This document shows positions 8,724 through 18,044 of a DNA stretch of 64,000 bases, one piece after another. Below the pieces are notes generated by a model that had not been told where the DNA came from, did not search any database, and saw only the letters and a program-made list of their open reading frames with translations. Numbering within the stretch: position 1 is the stretch's first letter; every line of letters begins with the position of its first letter. The stretch is from the NCBI GenBank assembly GCA_018240525.1, contig JAFEFN010000014.1, positions 108,487-172,486 on the forward strand, read 5' to 3'. A program made the position numbers and the translations under genes. The DNA is from Pseudomonadota bacterium (GTDB lineage: Bacteria; Pseudomonadota; Gammaproteobacteria; Steroidobacterales; Steroidobacteraceae).

Positions 8724-9080
8724 TCAGCGCCGCGATGCCAGGAACCCCACCGCCAGGCCCGCGATGGCCGCAATGCCGATCGCTTCCCAGGGCCGGTTGT
8801 GCACGTACTGGTCGCCCAGCTCGAAGGTCTCGCGCGCCTGCCGCTGCACCACGCCGGCCCCGTTCGCGATGGAACTGCGGGTGCTGGCTATCGCGGCCGA
8901 AACCTTGGCGCGCAGCCGCCGCAGTTCCGGGTCCGCCGCGTCACTGACGCGGTCCATGAGGTCCTCCACATCCGAGATGAGGTTCTGCACCTCCTCGCGT
9001 GCCGCCGCTCCGGCCTGTTGCGCCGCATCCCGGGCCGCCCCGCCGGCATCCCGCCTGAAATCGCCTGCCGTGGTTTCCAC
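8724..9080 (-). CDS. ElaB/YqjD/DUF883 family membrane-anchored stress protein
   Basis: In ORF 8724..9143. GTG at 9080 preceded by GAGGAG. C-terminus ..NRPWEAIGIAAIAGLAVGFLASRR is the characteristic DUF883 tail anchor. Confidence 0.7.
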   Translation of the reverse strand: METTAGDFRRDAGGAARDAAQQAGAAAREEVQNLISDVEDLMDRVSDAADPELRRLRAKVSAAIASTRSSIANGAGVVQRQARETFELGDQYVHNRPWEAIGIAAIAGLAVGFLASRR

Positions 9081-9233
9081 CTTGCAACTCCTCGTGTCGT
9101 CCTGTTCCCGGAACCGAGTTCCCCGGCCCCGCCAGGGACCCAATATCCGCGAGCCGGCCGCACAGATCGGTCGGGCCGGAATGCCAAGCCCTGTAGGACC
9201 CCGGCTACAGCCAAGCCCCCGGCCCGCGGCCGC

Positions 9234-9920
9234 TCACGGCAGGTGGGAGGCGGCGAACTCCCAGTTGACCAGGTGGTCCAGCACGGCGTGCACGTGGTCG
9301 GGCCGGCGGTTCTGGTAGTCGAGGTAGTAGGCATGCTCCCAGACGTCGATCGTCAGCAAGGGACGCTGGTGCTGTGGAAGCGGCCCATCCGCGTTGCCGG
9401 TCCGGGTGACCTTCAGGCGATTGTCCTCGAGCACCAGCCACGCCCAGCCCGAGCCGAACTGCTCGATCGCCGCCGCCGCCAGCTGCTGCTTCAGGCGCGC
9501 GAGCGAACCGAAGCTCGACTGCGTGATCCTGTCCGCCAGGGTCCGCGGCACGTGTTCCGCGCCACGGGGGCGGAGGCAATGCCAGTAGAAGCTGTGATTC
9601 CACGCCTGCGCGGCATTGTGGTAGATCTTGACGTGGTCGGGCTTGCCGACCGTGCCGAGTATCACCGCCTCGAGTGTCCGCTCGGCGAACTCGGTGCCCG
9701 CCACGAGCGTGTTCAGGGTGTCGACGTAGCTTCCGTGGTGCCTGCCGTGGTGGATGGACAGCGTGTGCGCGGAAATCACCGGCTCCAGCGCGTCCTCGGC
9801 GTAAGGCAGCGCGGGCAACACGTGAGGGCCTTGCCGGTTAGTGCGTTCGCTCGCGCCGCGCTGCGCCGGCATACGGGGTGCCGTTGCGCGTGGACTGCCG
9901 GATTCGGGCGTATAAGCCAT
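9234..9920 (-). CDS. sodB: superoxide dismutase, Fe type, with about 35-aa N-terminal extension
   Basis: In ORF 9234..9977. ATG at 9920 preceded by AAGGAG. Motifs [31 protein letters not shown] and [15 protein letters not shown]. Confidence 0.85.
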   Translation of the reverse strand: MAYTPESGSPRATAPRMPAQRGASERTNRQGPHVLPALPYAEDALEPVISAHTLSIHHGRHHGSYVDTLNTLVAGTEFAERTLEAVILGTVGKPDHVKIYHNAAQAWNHSFYWHCLRPRGAEHVPRTLADRITQSSFGSLARLKQQLAAAAIEQFGSGWAWLVLEDNRLKVTRTGNADGPLPQHQRPLLTIDVWEHAYYLDYQNRRPDHVHAVLDHLVNWEFAASHLP

Positions 9921-10183
9921 GGGTCTTCTCCTTCGGGCACATCGGGAGACGGTGAACCTACGCCCGGGCGAAGCCATCCAATGTCGGTTCGTGCCCTCAC
10001 TGCACGTCGGCCCGCGGCCCTGGAGTATTTCGATTCAGCGGCCGCCGATGACCGTTGTTCATGTCAGCCGGCGCCTACGCATCGCATGAGGCCACGCTGA
10101 CGATCGCTCGCGCTGCCAGCCGTCGGTCCTGCACGGAGCCCCCCCGTATGCTGCGCGCACCGTACAAGAACCGGGGAGCACCC

Positions 10184-10906
10184 ATGTTGGAAGTCACGTC
10201 CGTGTCACGAGTTGCCGACCCGAATGCTGCCCAGGCGCGCGCCCGCAACGGCGAATTCGCCAACCAGCTTCGTGCTGCGGCGTTGGAAGGCGACGAGGGA
10301 CGGATCACGCGCCTGGTTTCCGAGCTCCTGCGCTGCAAGGGCCTGTCGCGCGGGCAGCGCATCGCGCTCCAGCAGAAGGCGTTGCTGAATCTTGTGCACT
10401 CGCTGCGCGCCGCGACCCTGAACGACGATGTGACCGGCCTGCCCAATGCTCGCGGCTTCATGCAGACCGGCACGCGGCTGCTGGACCTGGCGGCACGCGA
10501 CGGGCAGACCGCCCACCTGGTGTATTTCGGCATCGACCAGCTGGACCCGATCGAGCGCGCCCTGGGGCCTGCCGCCGGGGAGATCGTCATTCGCCAGACG
10601 GGAAACCTCTTGCGCGACCTGTTTCCCAGTTACGGGGTGTACGAGGTGCTGGGCCGGCTCGGCCTCGATGAATTCGCGGCGCTGACCACGAGCGAGCAGT
10701 ATGCGAGCCCGGGGGCGATCATGCTGCGCGTGCGTCGGCCGCAGCGGAACTCATCCCTGCCCGCACCCCACCTCAGCGTCGGGGTGGCGCACTTCAATCC
10801 TAACCGCCCGGTGGGCATCGATGAGCTGCTGGAATCGGCAAGGCGCTCCATGAACACGCCCATCAGCCAGTTGAGCCGGCCCGAGCAGAACGGGTTGCCG
10901 GCCTGA
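10184..10906 (+). CDS. GGDEF-domain protein with degenerate active site (GLDEF)
   Basis: In ORF 10055..10906. ATG at 10184 (MLEVTS..) with a GGAG SD. GGDEF-domain landmarks DDVTGLPNARGF .. RLGLDEFAAL. Confidence 0.65.
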   Translation: MLEVTSVSRVADPNAAQARARNGEFANQLRAAALEGDEGRITRLVSELLRCKGLSRGQRIALQQKALLNLVHSLRAATLNDDVTGLPNARGFMQTGTRLLDLAARDGQTAHLVYFGIDQLDPIERALGPAAGEIVIRQTGNLLRDLFPSYGVYEVLGRLGLDEFAALTTSEQYASPGAIMLRVRRPQRNSSLPAPHLSVGVAHFNPNRPVGIDELLESARRSMNTPISQLSRPEQNGLPA

Positions 10907-10970
10907 ATTCGGCCCCCGGCGTGGGTCCCGCAGGGACGCGGGCCATGCCGGGCGGCCGAGCCTAGCCCCC

Positions 10971-11663
10971 TCAGGCGGGCGGCTTGTCCCCGGAGAACTT
11001 GATGGCCGTGGCACCCTCGATGGGTCCGACGGTCGCCTGGTCGCTGACGTACAGCTGCACTTCCCGCTCGAAGCGCAGGGTCCCGCCCACCACCGCCCCC
11101 GGCCCGATGGTGATCCTGGGCTTGGACGAGGTGGTCGTGTTGAACAGCGACCCGGCATTCTTCTCGACCAGGATGCCGCCGTCGACGTGGGAAGCACCCG
11201 TCACCGTGATGCTCGCCGCCGTGGTTCGCAGTTGACCGTGGACGTGGGCATCGACGAGGTCGATGCTGCCGTCCACCGTCGTGACCGAGCCGGCAACGTC
11301 CACGCCCTTCTGCAGCGCGATCTCGCCATTCACGCTCTTGGCGTCGCCCCCGATGCGTGCGGCCTCGGCCAGCCTGATGGAGCCGTTGACCGTCACGACC
11401 GACTCGACGCTCGCGCGCGGCCCGACGTCGATCTCGCCGTTGACGGCATGCGCTGATGCGACGGTCGCCCCCTCCTCGATCCGGATGGAGCCGTTGACCG
11501 AGCTGACCGCGCCGGAGGTGAGTCCGGCCGGCACGCGCACGGAGCCGTTGACGGTGCTGCCGCCCGCACCGGTTGCCGTCACGTCGCCATTCACCGCGTT
11601 GCCGCACGCGGCCAGGGTGGCGGCAAGGCACGCCAACAGTACCGACTGGTAGAACCGACTCAT
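10971..11663 (-). CDS. lipoprotein with repeated VNG(S/E)I beta-helix-like motifs (bactofilin/DUF4097/GIN-like repeats)
   Basis: In ORF 10971..11702. ATG at 11663 with GGAGG. Lipobox LLACLAATLAAC, then about 7 VNGxI/VDGSI repeats spaced roughly 17-20 aa apart. Confidence 0.6.
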   Translation of the reverse strand: MSRFYQSVLLACLAATLAACGNAVNGDVTATGAGGSTVNGSVRVPAGLTSGAVSSVNGSIRIEEGATVASAHAVNGEIDVGPRASVESVVTVNGSIRLAEAARIGGDAKSVNGEIALQKGVDVAGSVTTVDGSIDLVDAHVHGQLRTTAASITVTGASHVDGGILVEKNAGSLFNTTTSSKPRITIGPGAVVGGTLRFEREVQLYVSDQATVGPIEGATAIKFSGDKPPA

Positions 11664-11711
11664 CGCACACCTCCGAAAACGGCCCGACGGGACCCTCAGC
11701 ATGCCCCGGGG

Positions 11712-13478
11712 TCACTTTTCTCCCGGGATGAACTCGTCCAGGACCGCCCGGCGCATCAGTTCGGGCGGCAACAGTCCCTGGGCGAGGACGAAATCGTGGA
11801 AGCGCTTCTGGTTGAACTTCGGACCGAGTGCCGCCTCGGTCTCGCGCCGCAGGTCCAGCAGCCGCGTGTAGCCATAGAAGTAGCTGTTGGCCTGCCCGGG
11901 CGCCCGGTACGTGAACCGCTCCACCTCCTCCTTGGCGAAGGCATGGCTGATGACCACGTCCTTCTCCAGCACCTCGTAGGCGCGCTGCGGGGTGACCGCA
12001 CCGCTTTGCAGCTCCGGATCCAGGAAGGCCCGCGCCGCCCGCAGCAGGCGCAACTGCAGCGTCAGCAGCTGCCCCTCGGCCGGTTCGAAGGGCTGCAGGA
12101 TGTACTCGGCATACAGTCCCCAGCCCTCGGCATTGGTGGAATTGAACGCATACAGCGCGCGCGCCAGGCTCACGCCCTGCTCGACCATGGAATCGAACTG
12201 CAGCTCGTGCCCGGGCCGGGCCTCATGGGCGATCAGCGTCCAGGTGACAGCATCGAAGGTGAAGTCGTCGTAGTGGTCCTGCTCGCCCCCATCGGCGGCG
12301 GGGATGTTCAGGGGCAGGACGAACTCACCGCGCTGGCCGGTGTTGTGCAGGAAGGGCGGCGGGGACATGTGCGGCGCCGGGCTCTGCGCGGTCTCCGCAG
12401 GCGTGGCCAGCCGGATGATCGCCGGCCGGTCCGGCAGGGTCACCAGGTTCTGCGCGACGATGATCTTCTCGATCTGGTGCAGGCGATCGGTGAAGAACGG
12501 CAGGATCGCCTCGCCGGTAATCTGCTGCTTCTTCAGCCGCGCGATGACATCGCGGTAGTCACCCGAGGGATACCCATTGGCCTTGGCGATCTGAGCGGCC
12601 AGCGAGGTCATCTGCCCCTGGTACTCGGCAAAGGCGGCGTGGGCCATCTGCGCGACCTTCGCCGGCGGCAGGTCGATGCCGTACTCCTCGAAAGCCAGCG
12701 CGTAGCGCTCCGGCGGCAGCCGGAAATCCGTGCGTGCCCTGGGCAGGATCTCCTTGCGGACCCAGGCATCGTATGCGGCCAGCTGCTGCTTCAGCTTCGC
12801 GTAAGGCCCCTGCCAGTCCCTGAGATCGTATTTGCGGAACAACGCGGCCATGCCGTCCACGTAGGCGGCGTTGCGGCCCAGCTCCGTCTCGATCTCCCCC
12901 GTGGAGGGGTAGATCACGCCTGGCTTGGCCATCTGCTCCCGCTCCCGGGCCTGCAGGAGCTCGGTGAAGGGCTTCGACCCGGCCTCGACGCCCGCGTACT
13001 TGCGCAGGCGGACCAGGGCCGCGGGGCGCCGCCCGGCCGCCACCTGGTCGTCCAGGAGCACGTGAATGCCCTCGAACGTCAGTGCGCTGGCGTTGAGCAA
13101 GGGCACTTCGTGTGCGAGCGCGAAGTCCTGCTTGCGAAAGCGCAGGTCGAAGGCGGTGCGCAGGATGTCCAGATCCTGGAGGACGCGCTTGTCGGTGACG
13201 GATGCGCGGCCGGCCTCGATCTTCGCCAGGACCGCCTGGGTCTGGGCACGCTCGAGGAGCTCGTCCGCGACACCCGGGTCGGAAATCCGCTCGTCGAAGC
13301 GCGCCAGCCCCTCGTGCGAACCCTGCTCGGGACGGTGCTCGTACTGTACGTCCAGCAGCTGGTGGGTGTAGGCGTTGCTTTGTTCCACCCAGGCGCGCGG
13401 CGGCGCGGCGGCGGCCGTGCACACGAGCGTGCTGGCCAGGAGGCCACGGGGGAGAAAGGCGAACAGGTTGCGGGGCAT
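11712..13478 (-). CDS. DUF885 family secreted protein
   Basis: ORF 11712..13478. Signal peptide and DUF885 landmarks (LIAHEARPGHELQF, EGWGLYAE). Confidence 0.75.
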   Translation of the reverse strand: MPRNLFAFLPRGLLASTLVCTAAAAPPRAWVEQSNAYTHQLLDVQYEHRPEQGSHEGLARFDERISDPGVADELLERAQTQAVLAKIEAGRASVTDKRVLQDLDILRTAFDLRFRKQDFALAHEVPLLNASALTFEGIHVLLDDQVAAGRRPAALVRLRKYAGVEAGSKPFTELLQAREREQMAKPGVIYPSTGEIETELGRNAAYVDGMAALFRKYDLRDWQGPYAKLKQQLAAYDAWVRKEILPRARTDFRLPPERYALAFEEYGIDLPPAKVAQMAHAAFAEYQGQMTSLAAQIAKANGYPSGDYRDVIARLKKQQITGEAILPFFTDRLHQIEKIIVAQNLVTLPDRPAIIRLATPAETAQSPAPHMSPPPFLHNTGQRGEFVLPLNIPAADGGEQDHYDDFTFDAVTWTLIAHEARPGHELQFDSMVEQGVSLARALYAFNSTNAEGWGLYAEYILQPFEPAEGQLLTLQLRLLRAARAFLDPELQSGAVTPQRAYEVLEKDVVISHAFAKEEVERFTYRAPGQANSYFYGYTRLLDLRRETEAALGPKFNQKRFHDFVLAQGLLPPELMRRAVLDEFIPGEK

Positions 13479-13511
13479 GCAGGGCCTCGGCGGGACGCAG
13501 CGGCGGCGCTC

Positions 13512-13517
13512 ATTATA
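13512..13517 (-). promoter_or_regulatory. candidate -10 box (TATAAT) upstream of the DUF885 gene
   Basis: Perfect TATAAT on the minus strand about 35 nt upstream of the ATG at 13478. The -35 at 17-nt spacing (GTCACC) is weak. Confidence 0.25.
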
Positions 13518-13589
13518 GGCATCGCGCCGCCGGCGGTGACGGCTCCCGTCGTGACGCGGCCACGCTTGGACGCGCGCCGGCGCCGCCCG

Positions 13590-14423
13590 TCAGCGCTGCA
13601 TGGCCTCCAGGATGTCCCGGGCGGCCTGCGCGCCCATCGACAGGTCCACGCCCGCCGCCTGCGCCATTTCCAGCGCCAGGGCGAGATCCTTCTCGCCGAT
13701 CCGGCCCTGGCTTTCCAGGAAGTCCCGGCGCTCGGGGCTCATGCCACCCGCGTCGCGCTCGGCCCCGTCCATGACCGCAGCCGTCACCGCCGTCAGGTTG
13801 CCATTGCCCTTCATCACCGCGCGCAGGGTGCCGATGCCCACCCCGCCGGCATGCGCCAGCGCCAGGGCCTGCTTGATGACCAGGATGTGCGACCAGGTGA
13901 CGAAGTTGTTGGCTATCTTCAGGGCCATCCCCGCACCGAGCGGACCGGCGTGCACCACCTCGGTCGAGAATGCCGCCAGCACCGGCCGCGCCCGCTCGGT
14001 GAGCGCCGGATCGCCCCCGGTCATGGACAGCACGAACGGACCGGCGGCCGTCCCGTAGCGGGTGCGCGTCACGGCGGCATCGATCAGCGCGGCGCCGCGC
14101 CGGTGCAACCCCTCCGCTGCCGCCCGGATGGTGGCCGGACTCACCGTGCTGTGCACGAGCACCAGCGCGCCGGGGGCGATGGCCGCTGCCAGCCCCTTCG
14201 CCCCGAAGATCACCTCGCGGACCTGCGGGTCGTCACGCACACAGATGCCGATGATGTCGCAGCCGCTCGCCACCTCGGCCGGCGAGCCGGCCCGGGTGCC
14301 GCCGGTGAATGCGTCCAGGGTCCTGGCGAACGCGTCATACACCGTCAGCTCGAAGCCGGCGCGGGCGATCTCGGCTGCCTGCGCAGACCCCATGTTGCCC
14401 AGGCCGATGAAGCCGACCCGCAT
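13590..14423 (-). CDS. NAD(P)-dependent oxidoreductase, 3-hydroxyisobutyrate / 6-phosphogluconate dehydrogenase-like family
   Basis: ORF 13590..14423. N-terminal MRVGFIGLGNMGSAQA dinucleotide-binding motif. Its start overlaps the upstream stop (TGATG). Confidence 0.8.
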   Translation of the reverse strand: MRVGFIGLGNMGSAQAAEIARAGFELTVYDAFARTLDAFTGGTRAGSPAEVASGCDIIGICVRDDPQVREVIFGAKGLAAAIAPGALVLVHSTVSPATIRAAAEGLHRRGAALIDAAVTRTRYGTAAGPFVLSMTGGDPALTERARPVLAAFSTEVVHAGPLGAGMALKIANNFVTWSHILVIKQALALAHAGGVGIGTLRAVMKGNGNLTAVTAAVMDGAERDAGGMSPERRDFLESQGRIGEKDLALALEMAQAAGVDLSMGAQAARDILEAMQR

Positions 14424-14791
14424 CAGACCGGCACCCCCGCCGCGGCCACGGCCTGGAACATCCGCGCGGCGCGCGGGAAGCCCACGTAGTGGGCCAGGAA
14501 GACCGGGATCTCCCGGACCTGTTCTGCGGTCAGCTCATTCTTGAGCAGCGCGGCCTTCATCTGGATGACGAAGGGCGCATCCTCGCCCAGCGCGGCGAGG
14601 ACCCCCATGACGATCAGCCGGCGGTCGCGGATGGACAGGGCCTCGCGGGACCACACTTCCGCGAACGACTGGTCCAGCAAGACCTGCAGGAACCCGACGG
14701 AATCACTGTTGGGCGGCAGCGGCACCACCCCGCCGTAGACATCCTCGAACACCTTCTTGCCGCGAGCGCGTCGCGCATCGTTGGTAGCCAT
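14423..14791 (-). CDS. carboxymuconolactone decarboxylase (CMD/AhpD-like) family protein
   Basis: In ORF 14423..14803. Sequence and size are typical of CMD-family proteins (..SIRDRRLIVMGVLAALG..; ..EIPVFLAHYVGFP..). Confidence 0.7.
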   Translation of the reverse strand: MATNDARRARGKKVFEDVYGGVVPLPPNSDSVGFLQVLLDQSFAEVWSREALSIRDRRLIVMGVLAALGEDAPFVIQMKAALLKNELTAEQVREIPVFLAHYVGFPRAARMFQAVAAAGVPV

Positions 14792-14890
14792 CGCTTGTCC
14801 CATCGCAGAGGTTGACTGCGGGAGTATGTCGCATGCCCGGCGCCGGCTGGCAAGCGCCGCGAACGCGCGCCGCGCGCCGCGGACGGTGCC

Positions 14891-16270
14891 TCAGGTGCGC
14901 ATGCCGAGGTCCCGGGCAGTGAGCTCGAGGCAGCGCCACGCCTTTTCGATCAGCTCATCGATCTGCTCCCGCGCCATGACCAGCGGCGGGGCAATGATCA
15001 TGGTGTCCTGCACGGCCCGCATGACCAGACCGTTGGCAAAGCAGTGATCACGGCAGATCAGTCCGCTCGCCCCGCGGTCGGGCAGGAAGCGCCGGCTCAC
15101 CTTGTCGGCCACCAGTTCCAGTGCGGCGATGAATCCCACCCCGCGGGCCTCGCCCACCAGCGGATGCGCCGCCAGCTCACGCCAGCGCCGCTGCAGGTAC
15201 GGGCCGGTGTCCGTGCGCACCCGCTCGACGATCCCCTCGTCCATGAGAAGTCGGATGTTGCGTACCGCCACCGCACAGGCCACGGGATGACCGGAGTACG
15301 TGTAGCCATGATAGAACTCCCCGCCCCGATCGATCAGCACCTGCGCCACCTTGTCGCTCACCATGACACCGCCGAGCGGCTGGTAACCGGAGGTGATGCC
15401 CTTGGCGACCGTCATCAGGTCCGGGCGAAAGCCGAACGCGGTGCAGCCGAACCATTCTCCGAGCCGGCCAAACCCGCACACCACCTCGTCGGCGATGAGC
15501 AGGATGCCGTAGCGGTCGCAGATGCGCTGGATCTCGGGCCAGTAGGTCTCGGGCGGAATGATCACGCCACCGGCCCCCTGCACCGGCTCGCCGATGAAGG
15601 CGGCGACATTGCCGGCGCCCAGGCGCTCGATGGCCGCCTCGAGCTGCCGCGCGGCATGCAGGCCGTACTCCTCCGGTGACCGGCCCGCGCCGTTTTCGAA
15701 CCAGTACGGCTGCTCGATGTGGACGATGCCCGGGATGGGCAACCCGCCCTGGGCATGCATCGACTTCATCCCGCTCAGGCTCGCCCCGGCCATGGTGCTG
15801 CCGTGATAGGCATTCTCCCGGCTGATGATGATGTGCCGGGAAGGCTCGCCCTTCAGGTCCCAGTAGCGCCGCACCAGGCGCACGTTCGTGTCGTTCGCCT
15901 CGGACCCCGAGCCGGTGTAGAAGACGCGGTTGAACTGCGGTGGCGTGACCTGCGCCAGCAGCGTTGCCAGCTCGATGGCCGGCGGGTTCGAGCTCTTGAA
16001 GAAGCTGTTGTAGTACGGCAGCGTCAGCATCTGCCGGTAGGCGGCCTCGGCCAGCTCGCGCCGCCCGTAGCCGACGTTCACGCACCACAGCCCCGCCATG
16101 CCATCGAGGATCTGCTTGCCGTCCGAGTCGTACAGGTAGACCCCCTCCGCGCGGGTGATGATGCGCGCACCAACGCCCGCCAGCTGCTTGTGGTCGGTGA
16201 AGGGATGCAGGTAGTGGCGGGTATCGTCTGCCTGCCACTGCGCGGTGGTGCGACTCGTGGGTTGGGTCAT
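14891..16270 (-). CDS. spuC: class III aminotransferase, putrescine/polyamine:pyruvate aminotransferase-like
   Basis: ORF 14891..16270. The N-terminal region ..HYLHPFTDHKQL..GARIITRAEGVYLYDSDGKQILDGMAGLWCVNVGYGR.. and YTGSGSEANDT closely resemble SpuC-type omega-aminotransferases. Confidence 0.75.
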   Translation of the reverse strand: MTQPTSRTTAQWQADDTRHYLHPFTDHKQLAGVGARIITRAEGVYLYDSDGKQILDGMAGLWCVNVGYGRRELAEAAYRQMLTLPYYNSFFKSSNPPAIELATLLAQVTPPQFNRVFYTGSGSEANDTNVRLVRRYWDLKGEPSRHIIISRENAYHGSTMAGASLSGMKSMHAQGGLPIPGIVHIEQPYWFENGAGRSPEEYGLHAARQLEAAIERLGAGNVAAFIGEPVQGAGGVIIPPETYWPEIQRICDRYGILLIADEVVCGFGRLGEWFGCTAFGFRPDLMTVAKGITSGYQPLGGVMVSDKVAQVLIDRGGEFYHGYTYSGHPVACAVAVRNIRLLMDEGIVERVRTDTGPYLQRRWRELAAHPLVGEARGVGFIAALELVADKVSRRFLPDRGASGLICRDHCFANGLVMRAVQDTMIIAPPLVMAREQIDELIEKAWRCLELTARDLGMRT

Positions 16271-16321
16271 GGGGGTATTCTTTGTCGGTGAGAGCGGTGG
16301 CCCGGCGCGGCGGTCTGCGGG

Positions 16322-17686
16322 TCAGGCGGTGCCAAGATACCAGTCATACTCGAGCGGCGTGATCTGCCGCGAGAACGCCTGGAATTCGGCGCGCCGCGTG
16401 GTGGCGAACAGGCGCTGGAAGTCGGCACCGAGGTAGTCGGCCACGAACCGGCTGCGCTCAAAGCCACGCAGCGCATCCTCCCAGCACACCGGCAGGTGAG
16501 CCGTGGGGTCGCGATACGGATTGCCGCTGACCGGCGCCCCGGGATCGAGGCCCCGCGTCATGCCGTGATGGATGCCCGCCAGCACCGCCGCCGTCAGCAG
16601 GTACGGATTGGCGTCCGCGCCTGCCACCCGGTGTTCGAGGCGACGGTTCTCGGCTGCATCGGCCGGGATGCGCAGGGCGACGCCCCGGTTGTTCAGTCCC
16701 CAGGTCGGCGCGAGGGGCACGTAGCACTCCGGACGAAACCGCTTGTAGGCATTGATGGTCGGAGCGAACAGCAGCATCGACTCGGCCATGGTGTGCGCCA
16801 GGCCACCGAGCGCCTGCGAGAGTGCCTCGTTGGGCTCCGGGCCATCGGCGGCAAAGACGTTGCGGCCATCCGCCGCCAGCAGGCTGACATGGATGTGCAG
16901 GCCGCTCCCCGGCTCATCCGCATACGGCTTCGCCATGAACGTCGCGCGCAGGCCATGCTTGAGGAACACGCCCTGCACGATGCGCTTGAGGCGGATCAGG
17001 TGATCGCAGGCCAGGCAGGCATCGGCGACATGATGGAGGTTGACCTCGTACTGCCCGGGCCCGCTCTCGGACAGTGCGCTGGTCGCGGGCACCCCCTGGA
17101 GCTCGCAGGCGCGGCCGATCTCCGCAAGGATCGCCGAGACCTCCTCGATGCGCGCCATGGAGTTGATCTGCTTGCCGGCGCAGTCGGGTGCCGTCGCCAC
17201 GACGCGGCCGGGCGCGATGCCCCCGCGGGCCGTTCGGTGCGGGTCGATGACGTAGAACTCGATCTCCAGGGCCACCACGGGCCGCAGGTTCCGGGCGGCG
17301 AACTGGCGCAGCACCCCACCGAGCACCTGGCGCGGGTCGCCGAAGAAGCCCCTGCCGTCCGCTTCCCGCATGCTCACCTGCAGCTGCGCCACGCCCTCGC
17401 CCATCCACGGCACCGGGACGAGAGAACCCTCCACGGGCAGGCAGGGACGGTCTGCGTCCCCATCGTCGAACCCCAGACCGGTCGACTCCACCGTGTTGCC
17501 ACACACGTCCAGCGCGAACATGGAACCCGGCAGGCGGAAATCGCCCGCGTAGACCCCGCGCAGCGCGTCGATCTTCAGCCGCTTGCCTCTGAGCGTGGCG
17601 CTCAGGTCGGGAAGCAGTACGTCGAGGAACTTCGCGTCCGGGTTCGCCGCGGTGAACGCGCGGATATCAGAGTCCGTGTCAGACAT
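16322..17686 (-). CDS. glutamine synthetase family protein, gamma-glutamylpolyamine synthetase-like (PuuA/PauA type)
   Basis: ORF 16322..17686. GS catalytic-domain motifs (FMAKPY..GSGLHIHVSL, NRGVALRIP). Immediately upstream of the aminotransferase. Confidence 0.8.
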   Translation of the reverse strand: MSDTDSDIRAFTAANPDAKFLDVLLPDLSATLRGKRLKIDALRGVYAGDFRLPGSMFALDVCGNTVESTGLGFDDGDADRPCLPVEGSLVPVPWMGEGVAQLQVSMREADGRGFFGDPRQVLGGVLRQFAARNLRPVVALEIEFYVIDPHRTARGGIAPGRVVATAPDCAGKQINSMARIEEVSAILAEIGRACELQGVPATSALSESGPGQYEVNLHHVADACLACDHLIRLKRIVQGVFLKHGLRATFMAKPYADEPGSGLHIHVSLLAADGRNVFAADGPEPNEALSQALGGLAHTMAESMLLFAPTINAYKRFRPECYVPLAPTWGLNNRGVALRIPADAAENRRLEHRVAGADANPYLLTAAVLAGIHHGMTRGLDPGAPVSGNPYRDPTAHLPVCWEDALRGFERSRFVADYLGADFQRLFATTRRAEFQAFSRQITPLEYDWYLGTA

Positions 17687-18044
17687 AAACGCTCAATCCG
17701 GTGGAGCCAGCGCCGTGGCGCACGGCGACCGCAGCCGTGAACCCGCCGGCGGAAGCGGCGGGCCAGGACCGGCGCACAGACTGTCCTGCAACACGCAACG
17801 CGCCGGTCAAAGTGTCTCACACAATGCGACTTTTTTCCGGGTCGGCAACGGACTCTCGGGGTAAGGAAATGCCTGCGATCCGTGACCCGCGGCGCGCCGC
17901 GGCGGTGCATGGGATGCCGCGGGCACCGGATCAGGTTGCACCGCTCGACGCCGACGAGTCAGGCGTCGCCACCGGCAACGTCCACGGCGCCGGCGCAGGC
18001 CATGGCCCGCCCCGCTGGCCGGCCACTGACTCCTCGGCTCCGGG

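Noticed and set aside
7356-10100. 914-aa plus-strand ORF spanning the stress island
   Set aside because: Low-complexity Arg/Pro/Ala-rich translation. The opposite strand carries SOD, DUF883 and YqjE-like genes with clear motifs. This is a typical high-GC antisense ORF.
10907-10970. Bidirectional terminator between the convergent GGDEF and lipoprotein genes
   Set aside because: Only a 5-bp GTCCC/GGGAC stem could be drawn. Insufficient.
11796-14489. 897-aa plus-strand ORF
   Set aside because: Antisense to the DUF885 and dehydrogenase genes. The translation has no recognisable motifs.
17749-17765. Sigma-54-like TGGCCC-N5-TTCCG upstream of the GS-family gene (minus strand)
   Set aside because: The invariant GC of the -12 element is replaced by CC. 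It is not supportable without experimental data.
17887-17902. Perfect 16-nt palindrome CCGCGGCGCGCCGCGG downstream of the btuB-like gene
   Set aside because: It has no loop and no U-tract, and it is composed only of G/C in a very GC-rich genome. It is likely chance or a restriction-type palindrome rather than a terminator.
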